64,000 bases of DNA from NCBI GenBank assembly GCA_014297435.1, contig JACOQA010000003.1, positions 64,001-128,000 of the forward strand, in the 5' to 3' direction. The translations under genes and the position numbers were made by a program. Under the pieces are notes generated by a model. That model was not told the origin of the DNA and ran no database searches. It worked only from the letters and a program-made list of their open reading frames with translations. This DNA is from Candidatus Nanohaloarchaea archaeon (GTDB taxonomy: Archaea; Nanohalarchaeota; Nanosalinia; Nanosalinales; Nanosalinaceae). Numbering within the stretch: position 1 is the stretch's first letter; every line of letters starts with the position of its first letter. Positions 37,165-47,150 of the stretch are shown here, one piece after another.

Positions 37165-39093
37165 TTAAGGGAAACCTATTACCTCTGTCTCGTACTCTCC
37201 GCCTTCACCTGCAGCGTTGAATCCATACTCTTGGGAGAGTTCGATTAACTCTTTTACAGATTCTTGATCCAACTTCGTTCCCTCCCAAGAATCTTCCAAT
37301 CCTCTTGCAGCTACACGAGTAATCTTCACCTCGAAGCCTTCTCTAATCAACCACTTCATGTATCTTTCCTGATTTTCTTGCCAAAGTGGAGCGAAAACTT
37401 TCAAGCCAAGTTTTTCAGCAATTTTTTCCACGCGGTCACGCTGGTAAGTTGATTCTATGGCTCCAGCGACAACACCCTCAACTCCGAACTCATTCTTCGC
37501 TTTTCTCAAACCTTCCTCAAGATCATCCAGTTCTTTCTCTTTCTCACCTTCAGTCTTCTGAACGATAAGAGGCGCACCTATCTTCTCAGTCTGTCTTTCA
37601 ATCGAAGATTTCTCTTTCCTTGAGTCGAACATGTAGCTATCCTTATTACTCGATCTCAATGTTAGCAGACAAGAGAATTCGTTGTTTCTCCTCTTCATCC
37701 TGTAAATTGCGGCGTTCGAATCCTTTCCTCCGGAAGTTAGACCTACGAGCCTTCTGTTCGGTTTGTCTCTAAAGGAGTTTAGATATTCCTGTTTGTGGTC
37801 GAAGCCCCTCTCTTTTGAAAGGCGCGATATTGCTTTGTCGAAGTTTGAGCCGTATTGTGCAGCCGTCTTCTTTCGCCAAGCCACTTTTTCCGGAACTCCT
37901 AATTTCTCAGCGGCTTTACGCAAAACATACTTCCTGTAATCATCCTTTACTTTGTAATCTTCCGGTAAAGTCAAAGCATGTCTAATTAGTTCGTGATCGA
38001 GGAATGGAAGCCTCAGCTCATAACCGTTCCTAAGACTGACTACATTGTCCCTGTATAGATCGCCTTCAAAAATTCTTCTCAGCCCTGATAGACACTCCTT
38101 GTTGAGGTAGCCCTGTTGTCTGTGGTAGCCGGCGTAGAGCTGTTCAGAGCCGAGACCAGACATAACTACTTTTTCTTCGCCATTCAGAGCAAAATGAAAC
38201 GGAAGTGCGACACCGTTCTTTACTACTGATGTTGAAGATATCCAGTCCGAGATTTTGGGAAGAGCTTTCTCAACTTCATTTAGATCAGCCTCGTAGCTTT
38301 CAACCTCGAGTCCCATGTCTTCGGCGATCTCTTCCGCCCACTCCATGTCTCTCGGTGCATTGACATTTCCGTGCTGTATTCCTGCAGTATAGGCTTTGAA
38401 ATCTTTACCTAGTTCCTGTAAAGTTGCTGCGATCAAGGTTGAGTCGACTCCTCCGGAGAAAAGCAGTCCTAAATCTCCTTCTGGAATCCTTTTCTCAACC
38501 GCTTCCAAGAATTTTTGTTTTATCTCTTCGGCGGCATCTTCGATATCTTTCCGCTCTTCAACATCTATCTCAAAGAACTCTCTCTGCTCAAAGGCGATCT
38601 CCTCTGTCTCTATATTATATTTTAGTATTTGTCTTGGATGGAGTTCGCGGGCTTCTAAACCCTGTTTCTCGAGAGCCTGTTTTTCAGAAGCAAATACGAA
38701 AGGCTCCTTTGAATACCAGATAGGGTTCACTCCTAACAGGTCGCGTGCCAATATTATTTCCTGGTCTTCTCTGTATGCGAATGCATAGATTCCATCTACG
38801 TCATCAAGTGCTTCAAGACCTTTTCTTTCTAGAAGTGCGTGGAGAAGCTCTGCATCGTTATCAACATCTATACCATATTCTTCCGCAAGCTCTCTCCAGT
38901 TGTAAATCTCGCAGTTAGCAGTAAGAACGCCTTCATTTTGGAGAGGTTGTTCTACTTCGCCTACTACTGAGTGAAGCACATGTCCAAGCGAGAAGTCTGC
39001 ATCGTTTAATTTGGTTGAGCTACCTCTATGACTCTGTTCTTCAATTATCTTTTCTACAGTTTCAGGATTTTCTGCTCCTGCTATTCCACACAT
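37165..39093 (-). CDS. Fusion of asparagine-synthetase-like enzyme (Ntn glutaminase + synthetase) and diphthine-ammonia ligase (Dph6)
   Basis: MCGIAG, NCEIYNW, FSGGVDS, SGLGSEQLYAGY, RLPFLD; then SGGKDS, SYMF, GAIESTYQRDRVE, PLW, GEGGEYET. Confidence 0.88.
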   Translation of the reverse strand: MCGIAGAENPETVEKIIEEQSHRGSSTKLNDADFSLGHVLHSVVGEVEQPLQNEGVLTANCEIYNWRELAEEYGIDVDNDAELLHALLERKGLEALDDVDGIYAFAYREDQEIILARDLLGVNPIWYSKEPFVFASEKQALEKQGLEARELHPRQILKYNIETEEIAFEQREFFEIDVEERKDIEDAAEEIKQKFLEAVEKRIPEGDLGLLFSGGVDSTLIAATLQELGKDFKAYTAGIQHGNVNAPRDMEWAEEIAEDMGLEVESYEADLNEVEKALPKISDWISSTSVVKNGVALPFHFALNGEEKVVMSGLGSEQLYAGYHRQQGYLNKECLSGLRRIFEGDLYRDNVVSLRNGYELRLPFLDHELIRHALTLPEDYKVKDDYRKYVLRKAAEKLGVPEKVAWRKKTAAQYGSNFDKAISRLSKERGFDHKQEYLNSFRDKPNRRLVGLTSGGKDSNAAIYRMKRRNNEFSCLLTLRSSNKDSYMFDSRKEKSSIERQTEKIGAPLIVQKTEGEKEKELDDLEEGLRKAKNEFGVEGVVAGAIESTYQRDRVEKIAEKLGLKVFAPLWQENQERYMKWLIREGFEVKITRVAARGLEDSWEGTKLDQESVKELIELSQEYGFNAAGEGGEYETEVIGFP

Positions 39094-39147
39094 AAAAACC
39101 GTTTTTCGATCGAAGATTTTTATTCGAACCTAGCAATTTCATACTAC

Positions 39148-39345
39148 ATGAAGGAAAGACTTGAACATGCACTACATGAGAACGGCGAACTCATGGTTCT
39201 AACCGACTCAGGCGAAGAGCACGAACTCCATAAACATAATTGCGAGTTCCACGACGACGGTTTTATCGAGATTGATGCTGCCGAGAAAGTTCACTGGTTA
39301 AACTGCGAGAAAATTGAACGTTACTGGATTCACAAGGAGTTTTAG
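39148..39345 (+). CDS. Small His-rich hypothetical protein
   Basis: MKERLEHALHENGELMVLTDSGEEHELHKHN...IERYWIHKEF, 65 aa. Confidence 0.65.
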   Translation: MKERLEHALHENGELMVLTDSGEEHELHKHNCEFHDDGFIEIDAAEKVHWLNCEKIERYWIHKEF

Positions 39346-40130
39346 TCCTCACTGTACTGTGCGCCGAAGTCGCTCAGACCTCTCTGGGAGTTATCGACTC
39401 CTTCGTAGCTCGCTATAACATCCTCCATATCGACCTCGACAAACTCCAGCCCTCTTTCCTCCAGGTAGTCGAGAATCTTCTCCGTCATCTTCGGTGCTAC
39501 TAAGATACCCCTAATCTCTCCAGAAAACTCTTCTTCTATCTCTTCGACGTATCTTTGAAGTTGGAGAACTGTGTTGTAGTCCGGATTTCTCTTCACCTCA
39601 ATAACCGTGTAGTTTTCGTCTTTGTCTCTGGCAAAGACATCGATGAATCCGGCAGGAGACTCTTTTTCACGCTCGACAACCTTTAAGCCCTCTTCAACGA
39701 TTCCCGGTTCTTCCTCTATCGATTCGTGTATGTCGACTTCGTGACCTCTTATCTTGAGATCGCTTTTGTCGACTAGCTGGGTTACTATAACTGTTTCGAT
39801 CTCCTCGAATCTTATTTCGACGAGTTCATCCGGATTCTTTCTCCGCGCTTCAAGGAGAAGCTCTTCGTTCTCTTCGTCTACTTCGACAGAGTATGAGTCT
39901 ACTTCAGGCTGCCAGTTTTTTGGCTGGTAGTTCTCCGGACCGTGAACAAGTAAGGCCGAGTCCTGTTTCTTGATGACAAGTCTCTCTCCTCTATCAAGCT
40001 TTGAGGATGCTCTTCCTTTATAATTGACAGAGCAAAGACCATTGACCTGTACCGTTACGTCTCTTATAAGGTATTCTTCCAGAGCTTCTTTAGCCCGTTT
40101 TAGATCGGGTTTTTCAAGGAGTTCTTTCAC
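39342..40130 (-). CDS. nucS: Mismatch-specific endonuclease NucS/EndoMS
   Basis: CSVNYKGRASSKL..GERL, QPKNWQP, IDVFARD, IEVKR, QLQRY, RGILVAP; PIP-like QRGLSDF. Confidence 0.93.
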   Translation of the reverse strand: MKELLEKPDLKRAKEALEEYLIRDVTVQVNGLCSVNYKGRASSKLDRGERLVIKKQDSALLVHGPENYQPKNWQPEVDSYSVEVDEENEELLLEARRKNPDELVEIRFEEIETVIVTQLVDKSDLKIRGHEVDIHESIEEEPGIVEEGLKVVEREKESPAGFIDVFARDKDENYTVIEVKRNPDYNTVLQLQRYVEEIEEEFSGEIRGILVAPKMTEKILDYLEERGLEFVEVDMEDVIASYEGVDNSQRGLSDFGAQYSED

Positions 40131-40279
40131 AGTACATCAAAGGGTTCACCTAATAGTTATATTGGGTTTGCTGTCAGAGACCTCTTCCCTAGGAACTAGG
40201 TGTGTCGTTGAATGTTTCTTCTAACCTGTTTTGGTGTGAAGAGCTGGTTTTAAGCCAACGTTACGAATCTTCTCAACCC

Positions 40280-40951
40280 ATGGACTACAGGATCAAGGAT
40301 CTGCCCGAATCCGAACAGCCGAGACAGAAACTTCAGGACCACGGAGTAGATTCACTGACCGAGGCAGAACTCCTCTCACTAATAATAAGAACCGGCACCG
40401 AGGGCAAAAACGTTGAAGAGTTATCCTCCGAGATCCTTAGCTCATACCATATCTCGAGCTTAGCTGACAGAAAGCTTGAGGAACTGAAACAGTTCCGCGG
40501 AATTTCGGATGTAAAAGCTTCACAGGTTCTAGCAGTAGGAGAATTATCAAGAAGAATGAAGAACGAGCCCAGACAGAAGATCGACTGTCTGTCCGACCTA
40601 GAAGCACTTGTGCAGGACATGAAATATTTAGAGACAGAAGAGCTCAGGCTTTTTCTTTTATCTTCCGGCAACGAAGTCCTCGGAAAACACACCTTTGAAG
40701 GGCGTGTCGACAGCGTTAACTTCAGTTACCGGGAAATATTCAGAGAGGCTGTAAGATCAAATGCGGCAGCCGTGATAATGGCGCACAATCATCCTTCAGG
40801 CTACTCAAGACCTACTGAGAAGGACGTCAAGACAACCAAGCAGATGATTGAACTGGGCGAGAAACTTGATGTAACACTCCTGGATCATGTTATAGTAGGG
40901 GAGGATGTGTCGAGTATGAGGCGGTCGAACCGGCTCGAATTCGGAGACTGA
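40280..40951 (+). CDS. radC: RadC-like JAB-domain protein
   Basis: IKDLP..E.PR.KL...G...L...ELL..IIRTG, AHNHPSG...P...D, LLDHVIVG. Confidence 0.92.
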   Translation: MDYRIKDLPESEQPRQKLQDHGVDSLTEAELLSLIIRTGTEGKNVEELSSEILSSYHISSLADRKLEELKQFRGISDVKASQVLAVGELSRRMKNEPRQKIDCLSDLEALVQDMKYLETEELRLFLLSSGNEVLGKHTFEGRVDSVNFSYREIFREAVRSNAAAVIMAHNHPSGYSRPTEKDVKTTKQMIELGEKLDVTLLDHVIVGEDVSSMRRSNRLEFGD

Positions 40952-41063
40952 AGTACCTCCTTTAATACCTTTCGGATATATCCTCCCACCTATATAAAGT
41001 TTACTTAGGTCATTCTTGAACGTAGCTTCTCAAAATACGATATCTCGCGCGAGGCTTTCAAAC

Positions 41064-41300
41064 ATGGCAATGGATGTATCAGATCACGAGGCAGTTCCAC
41101 AACACAGAAAACTCGAGGAGGACGAAATTGAAGAAGTTCTCGAAAAATACGACGCAGACAGGAGCGATCTACCTAATATAGAAAGGACGGACGCTGCCTT
41201 AAAGCAGATGGACGTTGAAGTAGACGACGTCATCGAGATCGTACGTGAAAGCCCAACCGCAGGAGAGTCAGTCTACTACAGAGTTGTAGTCGAGCCGTAG
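41064..41300 (+). CDS. rpoH: RNA polymerase subunit Rpo5 (H)
   Basis: HEAVPQH, LPNI...D, IVRESPTAGESVYYRVV. Confidence 0.95.
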   Translation: MAMDVSDHEAVPQHRKLEEDEIEEVLEKYDADRSDLPNIERTDAALKQMDVEVDDVIEIVRESPTAGESVYYRVVVEP

Positions 41301-41308
41301 GTGACACA

Positions 41309-42766
41309 ATGCAGAGAGAATTCCTAGACCAGCTGATCAATCGCAACATCGTCAAACACCAAGTAGAATCATACAACCGTTTCGTCGAAGAACGAGTTAC
41401 CGCAATTCTTAACGAAGTCGGCGAGATCAAACCGGAGCTTCCGGACGGCGAAGAACTTGTAATCAAGATCGTCGACGTAAACATTGAAAGACCGAAGATC
41501 AACGAAGCCGACGGCTCAGTAAGAAAGATTACCCCGAAAGAAGCCCGAATGCGCGACCTAACATACTCCTCAGAGATCAAAGTCAAGATGACACCGATCT
41601 TCGAAGGAGTACAGCAGGAATCTGAAGAAGTCACGATCGGAGAGATCCCTGTCATGGTCGGCTCAGACCTTTGCTGGTCAAGCGACTGGGACGAAGAAGA
41701 GAAAAGAGAGCATGGAGAAGACCCAGAGGATCCTGGAGCATACTTCATCATCAACGGATCAGAAAAAACACTGATCTGTATGGAAGAAATGGTTAACAAC
41801 AAGCCAATCTACCAGGACGACGACGGAGAGCAGACATGCAGAATTAACTCCGAGAACCAGGGTTATGTTCAGAGACACGTTCTCAGAAGAGATGGAGACG
41901 TCGTAAACATTTCATTCGCAAACGTCAAGAAAACACCGGCAGTCTCACTTCTAAGAGCACTAGGACTCGAAACCGACAAAGAAATAGTTGAAGCAATCGG
42001 CGAAGAGTACGCTTCCGAAGTCTACCTAAACATGTACGAAACAGGAGCATCAAACAAGGAAGAAGCCTACGAGTACGTAGCCAACCAGGCAGGAATCACA
42101 AATGACATCGAGGAAAGAGTCGACTCGATTCTTGACGAATATCTTCTACCACACCTAGGTCAAGAACCTGATATGAGAGAAGAGAAAGCAGAGTTCCTCG
42201 CAACACTGCTCAGGAACACTATCGCTCTCGGTAAAGGAGACATCAAAGAGGACGACATGGACCACTACGCAAACAAGAGGCTCAACCTTGCAGGAGAACT
42301 TCTTGAGATGCAGTTCAGATCCGTCTTCCTTGGAAAATGGGGTCTCCTGGCACGAATGAAATACAACTTCAGAAAATCCGCTAAGAGAGGAAGACTTCCA
42401 TCCCTACAATCCACTATCGTTTCAGATACACTAACAAAACAGATTATGGGCGCTATGGCTACCGGAAACTGGGTTGGCGGAAGAACAGGTATCTGTCAGA
42501 GACTTGACAGAGGAAACAGAATCAAGACACTTGCCCACCTCAGAAACGTTGTCTCGCCGCTCAGCTCGGAAAGACAGCACTTCGAGGCAAGAGATCTACA
42601 CCCAACACAGTGGGGTAGAATCGGACCGATCAAGACGCCGGAAGGTATGAACATCGGACTTCGTACCCATCTGGCTATGTCCGCAAACGTCTCAACAGGA
42701 CTCAACGACATGGAGAGGAACTCGTTGAAAGCCCAGCTCGCTGACATCGGGCTGGACACCATGTAG
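41309..42766 (+). CDS. rpoB2: RNA polymerase subunit Rpo2N (B'')
   Basis: P.EAR.RDLTYS, DPGAYFIINGSE, DHYANKRL, ARDLHPTQWGR. Confidence 0.96.
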   Translation: MQREFLDQLINRNIVKHQVESYNRFVEERVTAILNEVGEIKPELPDGEELVIKIVDVNIERPKINEADGSVRKITPKEARMRDLTYSSEIKVKMTPIFEGVQQESEEVTIGEIPVMVGSDLCWSSDWDEEEKREHGEDPEDPGAYFIINGSEKTLICMEEMVNNKPIYQDDDGEQTCRINSENQGYVQRHVLRRDGDVVNISFANVKKTPAVSLLRALGLETDKEIVEAIGEEYASEVYLNMYETGASNKEEAYEYVANQAGITNDIEERVDSILDEYLLPHLGQEPDMREEKAEFLATLLRNTIALGKGDIKEDDMDHYANKRLNLAGELLEMQFRSVFLGKWGLLARMKYNFRKSAKRGRLPSLQSTIVSDTLTKQIMGAMATGNWVGGRTGICQRLDRGNRIKTLAHLRNVVSPLSSERQHFEARDLHPTQWGRIGPIKTPEGMNIGLRTHLAMSANVSTGLNDMERNSLKAQLADIGLDTM

Positions 42767-42778
42767 GTGATCAAGAAA

Positions 42779-42859
42779 ATGAGAAAAAATACTATGAACA
42801 CGAAACTAGAAGCCACTGAAAATTTCAGAAACCAAGCAGAGGTGAACAAGCTTGACTAA
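42779..42859 (+). CDS. Possible 26-aa mini-ORF between rpoB'' and rpoB'
   Basis: AGGTGA SD then ATG 42779, MRKNTMNTKLEATENFRNQAEVNKLD*; stop overlaps the start region of rpoB'. Confidence 0.35.
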   Translation: MRKNTMNTKLEATENFRNQAEVNKLD

Positions 42860-44657
42860 AGTATTCTTGGACGGAGAGATCGTCGATGAGATCGACGAAC
42901 CTGAAGAGATCAAGGAATCTCTTATTGAAAAGAGAAGATCCGGAGAGATCGACAAGCAGGTCTCAGTCTACTATGCAGAGGACAAGGATGAAGTAAGGAT
43001 TAACTCCGATGCAGGAAGAGTACAGAGACCGGTAATTATTGTCGAAGACGGAGAACCTCAGATGGGAGAAGAGCAGGAAGAAAAGCTCAAGAAAGGTGAG
43101 ATCACACTACAGGATCTCGAACAGGAAGGCGTTATCGAATATATTGACGCTGAAGAGGAAGAAAACACCTACGTCGCTATGGACGAAGACGAAGTAACTG
43201 AAGAACATACACACATGGAAATTGATCCGGCGATCACGCACGGACTTTCCGCATCACTAGTTGTCTTCCCTCAGCACAACAGAGGAGACCGTGTCAACTT
43301 CGGAGCAAAGATGTCCGGTCAGGGAATCGGAATGCACACCAGAGAGTTCCACCAGAGATTTGACACGAACGCAAACGTTCTCAGCTACCCACAGCAGCCG
43401 ATCACAGAAACACAGACATACGACACGCTACTCGAGAACCATCCAATCGGACAGAACATGGTTGTAGCGATCGCTTCGTTCGACGGCTACAACATCGAGG
43501 ACTCGGTAATCATGAACCAGTCCTCTGTCGACAGAGGTCTTGCAAGATCAACATACATGCGTACCTACAAGACAGAAGCACAGAGATTCTGGGGAGGCCA
43601 GAAAGACGAGATCGGAGTCCCTAACAAAGATGTTAGAGGTTACAGATCTGAAGACGCTTATTCACAGCTAGATCAAGACGGAATCGTCAACCCCGAAACA
43701 GAAGTTGATTCGGATGACGTACTAGTCGGTAAGACTTCGCCTCCAAAGTTCCTTGGATCGGGCAGCACCAGCGACGAAGTAAAAATGGGGCTGGCAGACA
43801 GAAGAGAGACCTCTCTAACAGTAAGACACGGAGAAACAGGAAAGGTCGACCACGTCATGGTCTCAGAGACCGGCGAAGGCGACAAACTGATCAAGATGAA
43901 GCTCAGGAACTACAGAATACCTGAACTCGGCGACAAGTTTGCGACAAGGCACGGACAGAAGGGTGTTGTCGGAATGATCGCACCTGAAGAAAACATGCCT
44001 TTCACCAAACAGGGAATAACTCCTGACATGATTCTATCAACACACGCTATCCCAAGCCGTATGACAGTATCACAGCTGATCGAGATTATCGGAGGAAAAG
44101 TCGGAGCACTGCGTGGAGAGAAAGTTGACGGAACAGCATTCCACTCAGAGGACAAAGACGACCTCAGAGATCAGCTTGAGGACCTAGGATTCGAATCAAA
44201 CGGCAAGGAGGTCATGTACGATGGAGTTACCGGCGAGAAGATGGAAGCCGAGATCCTTATCGGACCAGGATACTACTTGAAGCTAGACCACCAGGTCGGA
44301 GACAAGATCCACGCAAGAGCAAGAGGACCTGTAACACTCCTCACAAAACAGCCTACAGAAGGACGCTCACAGGAAGGAGGACTCAGACTTGGAGAGATGG
44401 AAAAGGACGTCTTCGTAGGACACGGAGCATCCCTACTTCTCAAAGAAAGATTCGGAGCCGACTCCACAGAGATCTATGTAGACGACGAAACAGGGGAGAT
44501 CGGTTACTACGACAAGGAACAGGACATACGTGTCAAGCCTGGCGGAGAACCAGGAGACCTCGACAAGACCGAGGTACCACACGCATTCCTCCTGCTGTTG
44601 AACGAGTTGAAATCACTCATGATAGACACAGAACTAAACCTGGAGGACGAAGAATAG
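42852..44657 (+). CDS. rpoB1: RNA polymerase subunit Rpo2C (B')
   Basis: GYNIEDS, GDKFATRHGQKG, HAIPSRMT, QPTEGRSQEGGLRLGEMEKD; TTG start after GAGGTGA. Confidence 0.96.
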   Translation: MTKVFLDGEIVDEIDEPEEIKESLIEKRRSGEIDKQVSVYYAEDKDEVRINSDAGRVQRPVIIVEDGEPQMGEEQEEKLKKGEITLQDLEQEGVIEYIDAEEEENTYVAMDEDEVTEEHTHMEIDPAITHGLSASLVVFPQHNRGDRVNFGAKMSGQGIGMHTREFHQRFDTNANVLSYPQQPITETQTYDTLLENHPIGQNMVVAIASFDGYNIEDSVIMNQSSVDRGLARSTYMRTYKTEAQRFWGGQKDEIGVPNKDVRGYRSEDAYSQLDQDGIVNPETEVDSDDVLVGKTSPPKFLGSGSTSDEVKMGLADRRETSLTVRHGETGKVDHVMVSETGEGDKLIKMKLRNYRIPELGDKFATRHGQKGVVGMIAPEENMPFTKQGITPDMILSTHAIPSRMTVSQLIEIIGGKVGALRGEKVDGTAFHSEDKDDLRDQLEDLGFESNGKEVMYDGVTGEKMEAEILIGPGYYLKLDHQVGDKIHARARGPVTLLTKQPTEGRSQEGGLRLGEMEKDVFVGHGASLLLKERFGADSTEIYVDDETGEIGYYDKEQDIRVKPGGEPGDLDKTEVPHAFLLLLNELKSLMIDTELNLEDEE

Positions 44658-44669
44658 AGGTGATCAAGC

Positions 44670-47138
44670 ATGAAGAACATTGAAAGCATCGACTTTGGAA
44701 TTCTGAGCTCGGAAAAAGTTCAGAGAATGGCCGTAAAAGAAATCACAAAGGCAGAGGTCTACGACGCCGACGGATATCCTGTAGAGGACGGCGTCATGGA
44801 TCCTGCACTAGGAGTTATCGATCCTGGCATGACCTGTCCAACAGACGGACAGAGAGCCAGAGAAACAAACGGTCACTTCGGAATGATCACGCTCTCACGT
44901 CCAGTAGTCCACGTACTTCACAACAAGAAGGTAAGAAACCTTCTCAGATTTACATGTCATGAGTGCCACACACTGGCTATTAAGGACGAGAACAAGTCAC
45001 TTAGAAAGTCCAACATGCCTAAGGAGTGTCCTGAATGTGGTACAGAGACCGAGGACGTTGATTTAGACAAACCTTATACTTACTATGATGAAGATGGAGA
45101 GGAACTGAAGCCTGAAGACATCGAGGAACGTTTCGAAAAGATCAGCGATGAAGCAGCAGCAACGCTTGGAGTTGAAGGCGGAAGACCTGAAGATCTAATC
45201 ATTTCGCATCTTCCTGTACCGCCAGTAACGATGCGTCCTTCAATCACACTTGAGACAGGAGAAAGGTCTGAGGACGACATCACACACAAGCTTGTTGATA
45301 TTATCAGGATTAACAAGCGTCTTCAGAACAACATCGAGATCGAGGCACCGGAGTTCATTATCGACGACCTACACGAACTCCTACAGTACCACGTCTCTAC
45401 ACTGTTCTACAACGACATGAGCAACGTACCGCCGGCAAGGCACAGATCCGGAAGATCCCTGAAATCACTTATTGAAAGAGTTCAGGGCAAGGAAGGACGT
45501 TTCAGGCAGAACCTGATCGGGAAGAGAGTTAACTTCTCCGCCCGTACAGTTATCTCGCCAGACCCTAACATCGGGATCAACGAGGTAGGAGTGCCTTACG
45601 AGGTCGCGAAAAAGCTTACTATCAAGAGACAGGTCTCGGAAGACAATATAGAAGATGTACAGAAATGGATTGAGAACGGGAAAGAAGAGCATCCCGGCGT
45701 CAACTATGTCTTCCAGCCTGACGGAAGAAGGAGAAGAGTAACCGAAGAGAACAAGGAAGATCTTCTTGAGACTATCGAGCCTGGAGAAGGCTGGGAAGTC
45801 GAAAGACAGTTGATCGACGGCGACGTCGTACTGTTCAACAGACAGCCTTCACTCCACAGAATGTCGATCATGGCACACAAGGTAAGAGTGCTGCCTTACA
45901 GAACATTCAGAATCAACCCGAACGTCTGCGCGCCTTACAACGCAGACTTCGACGGTGACGAAATGAACCTGCACGTTCCACAGACAGAAGAATCGAGGGC
46001 TGAAGCAGAGGAACTTTTGAAGGTACAGGAGCACGTCAAGTCTCCTAAGACTGGAGGACCGATCATCGGCATGCTTCAGGACTATGTCTCCGGACTTTAC
46101 CTATTGACACAGGAGGATCTTGAGCTTTCCAGAGAGAAAGCGTTCAACCTTCTTGCCGAGGCAGGAGAACACGAGAAGTCGCTTCCTGAAGGAGAGACGA
46201 TTACAGGAAGAGAACTTGTCTCTATCTTCATACCTGACGACATTTCCATTACAATTAATGAGGGAGAGGCAAACGAGATCGTTATTGAGGACGGAACACT
46301 TGAGAAAGGTGTTCTTGAAGAAGACGCTCTCTCAGACTACGGTGGAGAGATTATTCAGCAGCTTAAGATCGAGTACGGATCAGACAAAGTTGCGGAGTTC
46401 CTCAACCGTGTCTCAACTATTGGAGCAGTATTCCTTACACGTAGAGGATTCTCTATCTCGATCGACGACCTCGAAGTTCCAGACGAAGCAACTGCAGATA
46501 TCAGAGGTCTTGTAGACCAGACGGTGGAGGACGCAGAAGAAGTAATTGGAGACTACAGGTCTGGAGAGATGGAGCCGATCACAGGTAAAACCCTTGAAGA
46601 GACGAGAGAAATCAGAGTGACACAGACACTCAACGAAGTCTTCACAGACATCGGAGAGATCATCCGAGACAATGTGGATGAAGAATCTTCAGCCTACATC
46701 ATGGCAGACTCCGGAGCTAGAGGTTCCATGGAGAACGTTACAACCATGGCCGGACTGCTTGGACAGAACTCTGTACGAAGCCAGAGAATTAACAGAGGTT
46801 ACAAGGAAAGAACAACCTCTCACTTCAAACGTGGAGAGCTAAGTCCAAAATCAAGAGGCTTCGTGGCTTCGAGCATCCTAGAAGGGCTTGATGCACAGGA
46901 GATGTTCTTCCACCAGATGTCACAGAGAAAGGCGCTGATGGACAAGTCGCTCCGTACGAAGACTTCCGGATACATGTATCGTAGGCTTTCCAACTCCCTG
47001 CAGGATCTGACGGTTCGAGAGGATCAGACAGTCCGGAACGCTCAGGATGATATCATCCAGTTCCGTGCAGGAGAGGACGGAGTCGATCCACAGAAATCCG
47101 ACAGAGGAATAATCTCTACGGAGATCGAAACCAACTAG
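44670..47138 (+). CDS. rpoA1: RNA polymerase subunit Rpo1N (A')
   Basis: GKRVNFSARTVISPD, NRQPSLH, catalytic YNADFDGDEMN. Confidence 0.97.
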   Translation: MKNIESIDFGILSSEKVQRMAVKEITKAEVYDADGYPVEDGVMDPALGVIDPGMTCPTDGQRARETNGHFGMITLSRPVVHVLHNKKVRNLLRFTCHECHTLAIKDENKSLRKSNMPKECPECGTETEDVDLDKPYTYYDEDGEELKPEDIEERFEKISDEAAATLGVEGGRPEDLIISHLPVPPVTMRPSITLETGERSEDDITHKLVDIIRINKRLQNNIEIEAPEFIIDDLHELLQYHVSTLFYNDMSNVPPARHRSGRSLKSLIERVQGKEGRFRQNLIGKRVNFSARTVISPDPNIGINEVGVPYEVAKKLTIKRQVSEDNIEDVQKWIENGKEEHPGVNYVFQPDGRRRRVTEENKEDLLETIEPGEGWEVERQLIDGDVVLFNRQPSLHRMSIMAHKVRVLPYRTFRINPNVCAPYNADFDGDEMNLHVPQTEESRAEAEELLKVQEHVKSPKTGGPIIGMLQDYVSGLYLLTQEDLELSREKAFNLLAEAGEHEKSLPEGETITGRELVSIFIPDDISITINEGEANEIVIEDGTLEKGVLEEDALSDYGGEIIQQLKIEYGSDKVAEFLNRVSTIGAVFLTRRGFSISIDDLEVPDEATADIRGLVDQTVEDAEEVIGDYRSGEMEPITGKTLEETREIRVTQTLNEVFTDIGEIIRDNVDEESSAYIMADSGARGSMENVTTMAGLLGQNSVRSQRINRGYKERTTSHFKRGELSPKSRGFVASSILEGLDAQEMFFHQMSQRKALMDKSLRTKTSGYMYRRLSNSLQDLTVREDQTVRNAQDDIIQFRAGEDGVDPQKSDRGIISTEIETN

Positions 47139-47150
47139 AGGTGTTCAAGA

